A DNA stretch of 64,000 bases, from positions 114-64,113 of the forward strand of contig JAFUWF010000005.1 of assembly GCA_017483575.1 (NCBI GenBank), written 5' to 3'. How positions within the stretch are numbered: position 1 is the stretch's first letter; each line of letters starts with the position of its first letter. This DNA comes from Bacteroidales bacterium. Its GTDB lineage: Bacteria; Bacteroidota; Bacteroidia; Bacteroidales; P3. Shown here piece by piece: positions 52,205 through 61,278 of this stretch. Both the position numbers and the translations under genes were made by a program. The notes beneath the pieces are model-generated. The model did not search any database. It saw nothing but the letters and a program-made list of their open reading frames with translations, and was not told where the DNA came from.

Positions 52205-52385
52205 TTGCTTTTGCCCCAAGGCGTTGCCATTTAGGTTCCCATGGAGTTGCCATTGGGCTGATTGCTTTTGCCCCTTCGGGGCGTTGGTTGTTTTGTCGTT
52301 TCGTTACCCAGGGCGTTGCCCTGGGCTGTTGGCGTGTTGTCCCAGGGCGGTGCCCTGGGCTAGGTGCTTTTTGTCCTTTCAGGCC
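52205..52385. repeat. Cluster of GC-rich REP-like hairpins (5' side of the transposase gene)
   Basis: GCCCC-TTC-GGGGC, CCCAGGGC-GTT-GCCCTGGG (identical to the copy at about 51683) and CCCAGGGC-GGT-GCCCTGGG. Confidence 0.65.
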
Positions 52386-52391
52386 GCCTCA

Positions 52392-53459
52392 TCACCCATT
52401 CCCGTGCTGCCGGTTGGCGGCGCGTATCTTCTGCAGCATGCGGGCGTTCCAGGCGGCGGGGCCGGGTTTTTGGTAGCGGCAGTGGCCGGCGGGCGTGGGG
52501 GTGAAGAGGGTCCCGCCCTGCGGCGTGAGGGTGACGGTGCCGCGCTCGGAGAGGGTGAACGCCGTGTCGCCCTCCACGGCATGGATGACCACCATCGGGT
52601 CCCACATCATCTGCCCCGTGTTGCAGTTGCAGGTGAGGTACACTTGTTTGACGGGGTGGATGTCGGTCCACGCCACGTCGGCGATGACGCTGTCGGGCTC
52701 GTATTCGATTTCCTGCCCCACCTCCATGGGCGAGAAGACCATGTCCACCTCCGGCGGCCAGAGGTCGAAGAAGTCCGGCGCGAAGCTGATGCCCTGGGCG
52801 AAGTTGAAGTCGGGCTCCACCGAGGTGCCGAAGACGCCGCCCATCAGGTAGATGCACTTCACCTTGCGGCGCACCAGCTCGGCGCCGTCGAGGGGCGAAA
52901 GCTCGTCGCCCTCGGACTGCAGCAGCTGCGCCAGGGCGGTGACAAAGCCGGTGGAGACGATGCTCACCGAGTGGTCGGGTTGCGCGGCCAGCAGCCTGCG
53001 GTAGAGCCGCCAGCCGTCGGGCAGCGCGGAGTAGTCGCTCACCGAGCGCTCAAACATCAGCTGCCCTTCGGAAGTAGTATATGTCGGCAGGGCCTTGTAG
53101 TCTATCCACACCGGTGGGTTCGCGATGCCGCCCCGTTCCAATCCAATCGGCAGGTCGCCGCCTTTTTCAGGCGTTGCTCCCATTCGGTCGCGACACCTGA
53201 AAAAGGTGTTCATCACGTCGGCGCAGGCGGCGCAGTCTTCGCCCATGCGGTCGACGACGACGCCCAGCAGGCGGCAGCGCCCTTCGCGCTCGTAGTGGTA
53301 GAGCATCTCCATGGCGAAGAGGTCGTCGGTCGAGCTGCCGATGTCGGTATCGAGGATAATCAGCGGCACGTCGGCTTGCTGCCGTGCGCCCTCGCCCTTG
53401 CCGCACGCCCCCAGCAGCACCGCCGCCGCCAGGGCCAGGAATCGTACTGTGTGTTTCAT
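52392..53459 (-). CDS. Nucleoside hydrolase (inosine/uridine-preferring family) lipoprotein
   Basis: Lipobox LLGACGKG; N-terminal aspartate cluster IILDTDIGSSTDDLFAM; 355 aa. Confidence 0.85.
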   Translation of the reverse strand: MKHTVRFLALAAAVLLGACGKGEGARQQADVPLIILDTDIGSSTDDLFAMEMLYHYEREGRCRLLGVVVDRMGEDCAACADVMNTFFRCRDRMGATPEKGGDLPIGLERGGIANPPVWIDYKALPTYTTSEGQLMFERSVSDYSALPDGWRLYRRLLAAQPDHSVSIVSTGFVTALAQLLQSEGDELSPLDGAELVRRKVKCIYLMGGVFGTSVEPDFNFAQGISFAPDFFDLWPPEVDMVFSPMEVGQEIEYEPDSVIADVAWTDIHPVKQVYLTCNCNTGQMMWDPMVVIHAVEGDTAFTLSERGTVTLTPQGGTLFTPTPAGHCRYQKPGPAAWNARMLQKIRAANRQHGNG

Positions 53460-53566
53460 CGTCTGTGTGCTATATATTATATTGTATATATATACATTAT
53501 TATACTCCTCTCGCCAGGCTCCGGAATCTTACCCGGGTATCTCGGGTATTCTTACCAGGGTGATTT

Positions 53567-53645
53567 TAGTATACTATCCCGGGTATTCTTAGTATACTAT
53601 CTTGGGTGCTCTTAGTATACTATCTCTACCCTTCTTAGTATACTT
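53567..53645. promoter_or_regulatory. Array of four TAGTATACTA palindromes at exact 23-bp spacing (candidate operator array)
   Basis: Perfect 10-bp palindromes at 53567, 53590 and 53613. A 9/10 copy at 53636. They lie upstream of the nucleoside hydrolase gene. Confidence 0.55.
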
Positions 53646-53668
53646 TCCCTTGACGGCACGGTATACCC

Positions 53669-54442
53669 TCACTCCACCGGGAAGGTGAAGTAGGTGTCCG
53701 GGAAGGGCTCGTCGGCGAGGGTGAAGTGCCACCACTCCGTGTCCAAGGGCCTGAAACCGTGGGCCGTCATGGCGCGGCGCAGCAGCATGCGGCCCTCGAA
53801 CTGCTCGGCGGTGATGCTGCGACCGGCGGGGCTCTTGCTGTTGTCGCCCGTGTAGGTGCCCGTCGCCGGGTCGCCGCAGAAGTCGGGGTGGCTCTCGGGG
53901 CCGAACCAGTCGAAGGTGCCACCCATGTCCACCTCCTTCTCCGTCCGCATGTCGAAGAGCGTCAGGTCCACCGTCGAGCCGCGCGTATGGCCGCTCCTGG
54001 CCATGATGTACTCCTGGTCGAAGAGCACGCTCTTGTCCAGGTCGGGGTAGAAATAACACTTCATGGCGGTGTCGGCCAGGTCGGCGGCCCAGCGCACGAA
54101 GTGGTCCACACCGCGCTGCGGACGGTAGGCGTCGTAAACCTTCAGGCGGTAGCCCATGGCCACCAGGTCGTCGCTGACCCTCCTCAGGCTGTCCGCCGCC
54201 TGCCGCGTGAGCAGGGCCTTCGGCTCCCGGTAGCCGTCGATGCGCGTGCCGACGAAGTTGTAGGTGCCGAAGTAGCGAATCTCCAATATCGCGTCCGGTA
54301 CCACGTCGGTGAGCGTGACGAACTGGCTCGCGTCCTCCTCGGGCGCAATCTTTTTGTCGCTCGCCGTGCCGCAGCCGGCGAAAGCCACCATGGCTGCGGC
54401 CATAAGCATCATAGCCGTCAGGTGCGAAATGGTCCGTTTCAT
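53669..54442 (-). CDS. D-alanyl-D-alanine dipeptidase (M15D, VanX/DdpX-like) lipoprotein
   Basis: Lipobox AFAGCG. Motifs YDAYRPQ, SGHTRGSTVDLTL and EWWHF. 257 aa from the ATG at 54440-54442, with an ATGA overlap with the upstream gene. Confidence 0.8.
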   Translation of the reverse strand: MKRTISHLTAMMLMAAAMVAFAGCGTASDKKIAPEEDASQFVTLTDVVPDAILEIRYFGTYNFVGTRIDGYREPKALLTRQAADSLRRVSDDLVAMGYRLKVYDAYRPQRGVDHFVRWAADLADTAMKCYFYPDLDKSVLFDQEYIMARSGHTRGSTVDLTLFDMRTEKEVDMGGTFDWFGPESHPDFCGDPATGTYTGDNSKSPAGRSITAEQFEGRMLLRRAMTAHGFRPLDTEWWHFTLADEPFPDTYFTFPVE

Positions 54443-55059
54443 AGCTTGCGACGTATTTGTTCGGCCAGGAAGTCGGCCACGCGCTCGGGCTCGAGGCCGG
54501 TGACGTTGAGGCAGGCGAAGTAGTTGCGGGCGTCGTGGCGCGAGGTGCCGGCCACGTTCTTCACAAAGGTGTCGCGGGCGCCATCCACCTCGTCGACCAC
54601 CCGCGTGGCCTCGTCGGCGCTGAGGTTCTGCTTCCTCGCGATGCGGGCTATGCGGGCGTCGCGGTCGGCGACGAGGAGCAGGTGGATGGCGCCGGGGGTG
54701 TCGCGGAAGACGTGGAATCCGGCGCGGCCCACGACGATGCAGCTCTCCTGACTGGCCAGGTCGCGCAGCAGGCGCTCCTCGGCGTAGTAGACGCTCATCG
54801 GCGTGGCGTCGGCGATGGCTCCGGGCGTGTAGCCCGCGGCGCCGAACTGCTGGTAGAAGTGGCAGAAGTCGCTCCACCAGTTGCTCTTCTGCGCCTTGAC
54901 GCGGTCCAGTTCATCGAGGGTGAGACCGAACTGGCGCGCCACGCCCTCGAGCAGGGTGCGTCCGTAGACCTTCAGGCCCAGTTTCTCGCCCAGCAGGTGG
55001 GCAATCTCGCCCCCGCCGGACCCGCATTCGCGGTTGATGGTGATGATGGTGTTCTCCAT
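54439..55059 (-). CDS. Cytidylate-kinase-like family (AAA) protein
   Basis: N-terminal ITINRECGSGGGEIAHLLGEKLG P-loop-like motif typical of Cytidylate_kin2; 206 aa. Confidence 0.7.
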   Translation of the reverse strand: MENTIITINRECGSGGGEIAHLLGEKLGLKVYGRTLLEGVARQFGLTLDELDRVKAQKSNWWSDFCHFYQQFGAAGYTPGAIADATPMSVYYAEERLLRDLASQESCIVVGRAGFHVFRDTPGAIHLLLVADRDARIARIARKQNLSADEATRVVDEVDGARDTFVKNVAGTSRHDARNYFACLNVTGLEPERVADFLAEQIRRKL

Positions 55060-55071
55060 TGTGTTGTTGTT

Positions 55072-55650
55072 TTATCTCTTATGTAGTTTCTTGTCCAGTT
55101 TCAGTCCGTTGCGCAACTGTTTCAGGTTCCACTTCGACAGGTGGGTCTCGCCCATACGCCCCACGCAGGGGTAACGCAACTGCAGGCGGCGGCCGCCGAA
55201 GAGGGGCTTCTTCTTCACCGTGCAGGCTATGGTGACCGTCCCGCCCAGCTTGACGCTCGGTGGGCAGGCGCGCCCACGGAACTCGACGGTGGTCTCCACG
55301 TCGCGGTCGTAGAGCGCCAACAGGCTGTCCAGCATCAACAGGGCCTCGTCAGCGGTGGCGCCCAGCCAGAGGCATGCCTCGTCGTAGCTGCCTATCGTGA
55401 TGTCGGGGAGGAAGGTGCCGGAGATTTCCAGGAAGGTCTCGGCCGTGCCCAGACTCATGTAGTAGCCGAAGGTGCTGTCGGCGTCCATGTAGGTGAAGAT
55501 GCCGAACGACTTCGTGTTCACGTCGTTCCCGTCCTCCAGCTCCACAATCTCCATCCTGATGTCCACAGGGTGGTTCTTGTGCCCCTGTGCCTGTACGGTG
55601 CCGCAAAGCATGAGGATGGCGGCAAGCATCCATAGTCTCGTTTGTTTCAT
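55072..55650 (-). CDS. Secreted hypothetical protein
   Basis: Signal peptide MKQTRLWMLAAILMLCGTVQAQ. No recognisable motif. Codon usage is consistent with the neighbours. Confidence 0.5.
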   Translation of the reverse strand: MKQTRLWMLAAILMLCGTVQAQGHKNHPVDIRMEIVELEDGNDVNTKSFGIFTYMDADSTFGYYMSLGTAETFLEISGTFLPDITIGSYDEACLWLGATADEALLMLDSLLALYDRDVETTVEFRGRACPPSVKLGGTVTIACTVKKKPLFGGRRLQLRYPCVGRMGETHLSKWNLKQLRNGLKLDKKLHKR

Positions 55651-55675
55651 ATCTTGGAATTGCTGTAATCCATAA

Positions 55676-56353
55676 CTATCTGATTCTCGTCCAGTCGATG
55701 GGCTGCTGGCCTTGTAGCTGCAACAGTTGGTTGCATTGGCTGAAGTGGCGGCAGCCGAAGAAGCCCCTGTAGGCCGAGAGCGGCGACGGGTGCGGGGCCG
55801 TCAGCACATGGTGTTTCGTCTGGTCAATCATCGCCTTCTTGGCAATGGCATAGCTGCCCCAAAGGAGGAAGACAATGCCCGTGCGCCGTTCAGACAACGT
55901 CCGGATGGCGGCGTCTGTGAAGGTCTCCCACCCGTGGCGCTGGTGGCTGCCGGCCTGGTGGGCACGCACGGTGAGGGTGGCGTTGAGCAGCAGCACCCCC
56001 TGTTCGGCCCAGCCACTGAGGTCACCGCTGGTCTTGGGAATATCAACGCCGAGGTCGGTGTTGATTTCCTGTATGATGTTCACCAGCGACGGTGGCACCT
56101 GCACACCGTCGGGGACCGAGAAGCAGAGACCCATGGCCTGTCCGGGCTCGTGGTAGGGGTCCTGCCCGAGGATGACCACCTTCACCTTGCCGAAAGGCGT
56201 ATGGTCGAAGGCAGCGAAGATATCGCCTCCCTTGGGATAGCAGGTGTACTGGCTCCGCTCCGCCACAAGGAATTCCTTCAGCTGCGCGAAATAGGGCGCC
56301 TCGAACTGTGGCCGTAGCACCTCGTACCAACTGGGGTCTATCTTTACGTTCAT
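55676..56353 (-). CDS. ung: Uracil-DNA glycosylase
   Basis: VVILGQDPYHEPGQAMGLCFSV and HPSPLSA motifs; 225 aa. Confidence 0.9.
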   Translation of the reverse strand: MNVKIDPSWYEVLRPQFEAPYFAQLKEFLVAERSQYTCYPKGGDIFAAFDHTPFGKVKVVILGQDPYHEPGQAMGLCFSVPDGVQVPPSLVNIIQEINTDLGVDIPKTSGDLSGWAEQGVLLLNATLTVRAHQAGSHQRHGWETFTDAAIRTLSERRTGIVFLLWGSYAIAKKAMIDQTKHHVLTAPHPSPLSAYRGFFGCRHFSQCNQLLQLQGQQPIDWTRIR

Positions 56354-57045
56354 GCCAAAAAGGAGTTGTATTTGCGCTCTTTGCCGATGCTGCTGGCGAT
56401 GCCGTGGCCGGGGAGGACCGTGTAGTCGTCGGGGAGCGTCATGATGCGCGTCTTGATTTTCTCGATGAGCAGAGGATAGCTGCCACCCGGCAGGTCCGTG
56501 CGGCCGATGCTGAAATGGAACAGCGCATCGCCGGTGATGACGGCGGGTGTAGGGGAGCTGGCAGCCCTATAAGGGCTGACTGAGGAGTGTGTCGTAACCA
56601 CGAAGCACATGCTCCCCGGGCAATGCCCCGGCACATATCGACACTCAACATATAAATCTCCGAGCTCAATAACGTCCCCGTCATTGAGCTCCACCACATC
56701 GAGGTCGCTCATGTCGTCCACGGCGAAGCCCATGATGCTGCCGTAGGCCTCGGCCTGTCGCAGCAACTTGCGGCCGTCCTTATGCATAGTGACCGGCAAC
56801 CCGAAGTGCTCGCAGCATTGCCGCAAGCCAGCGATGTGGTCCACATGGGCGTGCGTCAGCAGGATGTGCCTCACCGTCAGACCCTCGGCCTCGATATACT
56901 GCAGCAACTGCGAGTCCTCAAACGAGGCCTCGCAGGCGGGATCCACGATGGCGCACTGCCGTTTCTCCCCCTCCGTGGGGACACGGTCGTCGGAGACCAC
57001 GTAGCAGTTCACCTCGTAGTGGTTGAATGTAAACTGTTTAATCAT
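56350..57045 (-). CDS. MBL-fold metallo-hydrolase
   Basis: HAHVDHIAG (HxHxDH) motif; 231 aa. Carries a ~16 aa insert encoded by the palindromic element variant. Confidence 0.8.
   Translation of the reverse strand: MIKQFTFNHYEVNCYVVSDDRVPTEGEKRQCAIVDPACEASFEDSQLLQYIEAEGLTVRHILLTHAHVDHIAGLRQCCEHFGLPVTMHKDGRKLLRQAEAYGSIMGFAVDDMSDLDVVELNDGDVIELGDLYVECRYVPGHCPGSMCFVVTTHSSVSPYRAASSPTPAVITGDALFHFSIGRTDLPGGSYPLLIEKIKTRIMTLPDDYTVLPGHGIASSIGKERKYNSFLA
56548..56592. repeat. Variant or partial copy (D) of the in-frame palindromic element, opposite translation orientation
   Basis: AGGGGAGCTGGCAGCCCTATAAGGGCTGACTGAGGAGTGTGT shares the AGGGGAGnTGGC...hairpin...ACnGAGGAGTGTGT frame with copy B. Translated as [14 protein letters not shown] in the MBL hydrolase. 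Confidence 0.45.
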
Positions 57046-58762
57046 TCAGCCAAGCATCAAATTGTTCTCTCTTGAGGGCGGGGATGTCGAGTTTCATCTT
57101 CTTGCGGAGACCGCCGAGGTCGTTGAAGAGTTTGTTGGGGTTGGCGGCTTTCAATTGCTCGTAGCTCTTCACGCCGGCCTTGGCCAGCACGGGAATCCAA
57201 GCCTCGTCGACACCGTGGGCCGTGAGGTCGGCGCCCTCGCTCTCGCTACTCTTCTCCTGCACCTCGGGCTTCATCTGGGGGAACAGCAGGACGTCCTGGA
57301 TGCTCTGTGCGCCGGTCATCATCATCACCAGGCGGTCGATGCCGATGCCCATACCGGAGGTCGGCGGCATGCCGTACTCCAGCGCGCGCACGAAGTCCAT
57401 GTCGATGAACATGGCCTCGTCGTCGCCTTTCTCGCTGAGGCGCAGCTGCTCCTGGAAGCGGCCGAGCTGGTCGATGGGGTCGTTCAGCTCGCTGTAGGCG
57501 TTAGCCAGCTCTTTGCCGCAGACGAAGAGCTCGAAGCGCTCGGTGAGCTCGGAGTTGTCGCGGTGGCGCTTGCAGAGGGGCGACATCTCGATGGGGTAGT
57601 CTGTGACGAAGGTGGGCTGTATGAGCTTGCCCTCGCACTTCTCGCCGAAGATGGCGTCGATGAGCTTGCCCTTGCCCATGGTGGCGTCCACCTCGACGCC
57701 CAGTTGGGCGCAAGCCTGGCGCAGCTGCTGCTCGTCCATGCCTGTGATGTCGATGCCGGTTTCCTCTTTGATCAGCTCAATCATGGGAGCTTTGCGGAAG
57801 GGTGCCTTGAAGTCAATCTCATGTCCCCATACGTTGACTTTGGTCGTGCCGTGCAATGCCTTGGCGATACGCTCAAGCATAGTTTCAACGAAGCACATCA
57901 TCCAGTTGTAGTCCTTGTAGGGCACATAGATCTCCATGCAGGTGAACTCGGGGTTGTGGGTACGGTCCATGCCCTCGTTGCGGAAGTTGCGGCTGAACTC
58001 GTACACGCCCGGGAAGCCACCCACGATGAGGCGTTTCAGGTACAGCTCGTTGGCGATGCGAAGATACAAATCAATATCCAGCGCATTGTGGTGCGTCACG
58101 AAGGGACGCGCGGCGGCGCCGCCGGGGATGCTCTGCAGCACGGGTGTGTCCACCTCCAGGTAGCCCTGCTCGTTGAAGTACTGGCGCATCTCGTTGACAA
58201 TCTTGGCCCTCTGCACGAAGGTCTCTCTCACCTGCGGGTTGACGATGAGGTCCACATAGCGCTGGCGGTAACGCAGCTCGGGGTCGCTGAAGGCGTCGTA
58301 GACCACGCCGTCCTTCTCCTTGACGATGGGCAGCGGGCGGAGGCTCTTGCTGAGCACCGTGAGGCTCTTCACGTGGATGCTGGTCTCGCCCATCCGGGTG
58401 ACGAAGACGTAGCCGGTGACGCCGATGATGTCGCCGATGTCCAGCAGGCGCTTGAAGACGGTGTTGTAGAGGGTCTTGTCCTCGCCGGGGCATATCTCGT
58501 CGCGCTTGATATAGAGCTGTATGCGGCCGTAGCTGTCCTGCAGTTCCACAAACGAGGCGGCGCCCATGATGCGGCGGCTCATGATGCGGCCCGCGATGCT
58601 GATGTCCTGATAGAGAGTGTTGTCCTGCGGGAAACGCTCCAGGATTTCGTTGCTTTTGACGTTCACCTCATAGAGGGCTGCGGGATAGGGGTTGATGCCC
58701 AGGTTCTTCAACTCTGCCAGCGAATTGCGGCGTATCTGTTCTTGCTCAGTAAGTTCTGCCAT
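57038..58762 (-). CDS. lysS: Lysine--tRNA ligase (class II)
   Basis: The N-terminal anticodon-binding OB fold and class II motifs ([25 protein letters not shown]) are present. 574 aa, with the C-terminal extension common in Bacteroidota. Confidence 0.95.
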   Translation of the reverse strand: MAELTEQEQIRRNSLAELKNLGINPYPAALYEVNVKSNEILERFPQDNTLYQDISIAGRIMSRRIMGAASFVELQDSYGRIQLYIKRDEICPGEDKTLYNTVFKRLLDIGDIIGVTGYVFVTRMGETSIHVKSLTVLSKSLRPLPIVKEKDGVVYDAFSDPELRYRQRYVDLIVNPQVRETFVQRAKIVNEMRQYFNEQGYLEVDTPVLQSIPGGAAARPFVTHHNALDIDLYLRIANELYLKRLIVGGFPGVYEFSRNFRNEGMDRTHNPEFTCMEIYVPYKDYNWMMCFVETMLERIAKALHGTTKVNVWGHEIDFKAPFRKAPMIELIKEETGIDITGMDEQQLRQACAQLGVEVDATMGKGKLIDAIFGEKCEGKLIQPTFVTDYPIEMSPLCKRHRDNSELTERFELFVCGKELANAYSELNDPIDQLGRFQEQLRLSEKGDDEAMFIDMDFVRALEYGMPPTSGMGIGIDRLVMMMTGAQSIQDVLLFPQMKPEVQEKSSESEGADLTAHGVDEAWIPVLAKAGVKSYEQLKAANPNKLFNDLGGLRKKMKLDIPALKREQFDAWLND

Positions 58763-58800
58763 AATATTTTAAATGTATTTTTTTATTTACAAAGAAAATG

Positions 58801-58808
58801 CAAAGATA
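58801..58808 (-). promoter_or_regulatory. -7 promoter box (TATCTTTG on minus strand) of lysS
   Basis: The plus strand reads CAAAGATA 39 nt upstream of the lysS start. Confidence 0.5.
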
Positions 58809-58843
58809 CGAAATAAAATTGAATTAACGCCTAATTCGCCGTT

Positions 58844-59407
58844 TTATTTATTTACGCGCCGCACGGAGTGCAGCCTGTGCGTATATTTCTCCCCGTCGAA
58901 GATACCCTGCCGGTCGAGGGTGTCAATCCGCACATAGCCTGACGAGTGGATGATGCGACCGTCGCCCATGCAGATACCCACATGGACAATCTTCCCAGCA
59001 TCGTTCTGGAAGAAGGCCAAGTCGTCGCACATCGGGTCGCAGGCGCAGACCTCCACGCCGCAGGTGGCCTGCTGGCTAGCGTCGCGCGGCAACCAGATGT
59101 CCATGGCCTTGAAACACACCTGCGTCAGCCCCGAACAGTCAATGCCGCCCTTCGAGCGTCCGCCCCACAGGTAGGGCGTCCCCAAGAAGCAACGTTCCGC
59201 CAACTCGGCAGCCGTCGCGAACGGCACATACTGCTTGTTGTCCACCCAGCCTTCATAGCCGTCGTAGTCGCAGCGCACGCGTGACCATTTCTCCTGACGC
59301 TCAACCACCTCCACGGTATCCCCGCAGAGCAGCTGGTTCACCATCTCGGCCCGGTCGCTCGCATCAGCCCGCATCGGCACCGCCGAAAGAAAAACGTATC
59401 CTTTCAT
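58844..59407 (-). CDS. NlpC/P60 (C40) peptidase with N-terminal SH3-like domain
   Basis: Catalytic Cys context GGIDCSGLTQVCF, and the His region IVHVGICMGDGRIIHSSG; 187 aa. Confidence 0.8.
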   Translation of the reverse strand: MKGYVFLSAVPMRADASDRAEMVNQLLCGDTVEVVERQEKWSRVRCDYDGYEGWVDNKQYVPFATAAELAERCFLGTPYLWGGRSKGGIDCSGLTQVCFKAMDIWLPRDASQQATCGVEVCACDPMCDDLAFFQNDAGKIVHVGICMGDGRIIHSSGYVRIDTLDRQGIFDGEKYTHRLHSVRRVNK

Positions 59408-59431
59408 AAATCACCTCTTTTTTAACATTTG

Positions 59432-59476
59432 TCCTTTCACTCCTTTTCACTCCCTTTCACTCCCTTTCACTCCTCC
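59432..59476. repeat. Decamer tandem repeat (TTTCACTCCC)x4
   Basis: CCTTTCACTCCTTTTCACTCCCTTTCACTCCCTTTCACTCCTCCCC between two minus-strand genes. Confidence 0.75.
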
Positions 59477-59484
59477 CCAAAAAA

Positions 59485-60189
59485 TCACAACTGCCCCCTC
59501 TCTATCGAGAGCACAATCCGCTCTATCAGTTCGTCCTTCTTGTCGTGTTTCGGGTCGTACTTCGTCTTCAGATTGTATCCGAACAACCGCGCCAGCGTCT
59601 GATAGAGACCCGCACGGAAGGAACCCCTCAGGTCGCCCACCAGCGCGTAGGCCGTCCGGCTCGTCTCGCGGTCTATCAACTTGATGAGCACCAGACCCTG
59701 CGAGAAGGTGTACTTCGACAGCTCGCCCTTGTAGTCGTCCTTCAGCTGCTGCTCGGCTTTCTTGATGGCGGCCTTGCGCTGCTTCTTGGGCAGATTGGCG
59801 ATCTCCACCTCCAGCGCATCGAGCCTCCTCTTCGCCTCGCGGGCATAGGGCAGCATCAGCCGCACATTGCGGATCAACTTGGCGTTGTTCTTGATCTCCT
59901 TGGCCGTCAGCAGCATACCCGAAGCATATACGTTCACCTCCCTCAGGTAGTAGAGCGGAACGGTGTCGCCGTCGAGCAACGTGGCAAAGACGATGTGCTC
60001 CGACGCCGCCTTCTTGATCTCTCTCTTGGAAAAAGTCCTCGCAGGGGTCAGCTTGGTGAGCCTGGCAGGCCTGCTGGCGGTATTCGTGTCCAAACGGACG
60101 GCACGCAGTTCCAACGGACGCACCTGCGCACTGGCGCCCATGGCACCAAGCAACGCCAGAAACAATATGACAATTCGACGTATTTTCAT
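59485..60189 (-). CDS. DUF4294-like secreted protein
   Basis: Signal peptide plus the conserved LPYAREAKRRLD...FSQGLVLIKLIDRETSRTAYALV region, recalled as DUF4294; 234 aa. Confidence 0.55.
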   Translation of the reverse strand: MKIRRIVILFLALLGAMGASAQVRPLELRAVRLDTNTASRPARLTKLTPARTFSKREIKKAASEHIVFATLLDGDTVPLYYLREVNVYASGMLLTAKEIKNNAKLIRNVRLMLPYAREAKRRLDALEVEIANLPKKQRKAAIKKAEQQLKDDYKGELSKYTFSQGLVLIKLIDRETSRTAYALVGDLRGSFRAGLYQTLARLFGYNLKTKYDPKHDKKDELIERIVLSIERGQL

Positions 60190-60295
60190 CTTTCTATTCC
60201 TCGTTTCCTTATGCCCTAATAACTCAAAATTTCTCTTTTTATTATCCCGCGCCCCTCAATTGACAAAAAAATTTGGCCACATGGGAAAAAGGTCG

Positions 60296-60303
60296 TATTT
60301 TTG
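60296..60303 (+). promoter_or_regulatory. -7 promoter box (TATTTTTG) with upstream TTTG
   Basis: ATTTGGCCACATGGGAAAAAGGTCGTATTTTTGCA cassette 50 nt before the ATG at 60354. Confidence 0.5.
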
Positions 60304-60353
60304 CAACGTATTAATCAAAAGAACGCACAATTAAACCGTTAAGAATTAACATC

Positions 60354-61130
<777 letters not shown>

Positions 61131-61278
61131 TTATGTTATTCAACGACAACAAAAACAACAAAAACAACCTTTGCTTGCGCATCCCGCAAAACGCATGTTG
61201 CGTTTTGCCCGTTGTCTCCGTTGTCTGAGTTGTCGTTTAAAAAAAATAATGTTGTCGTAAAAAAGAAAAAAACCAGAT

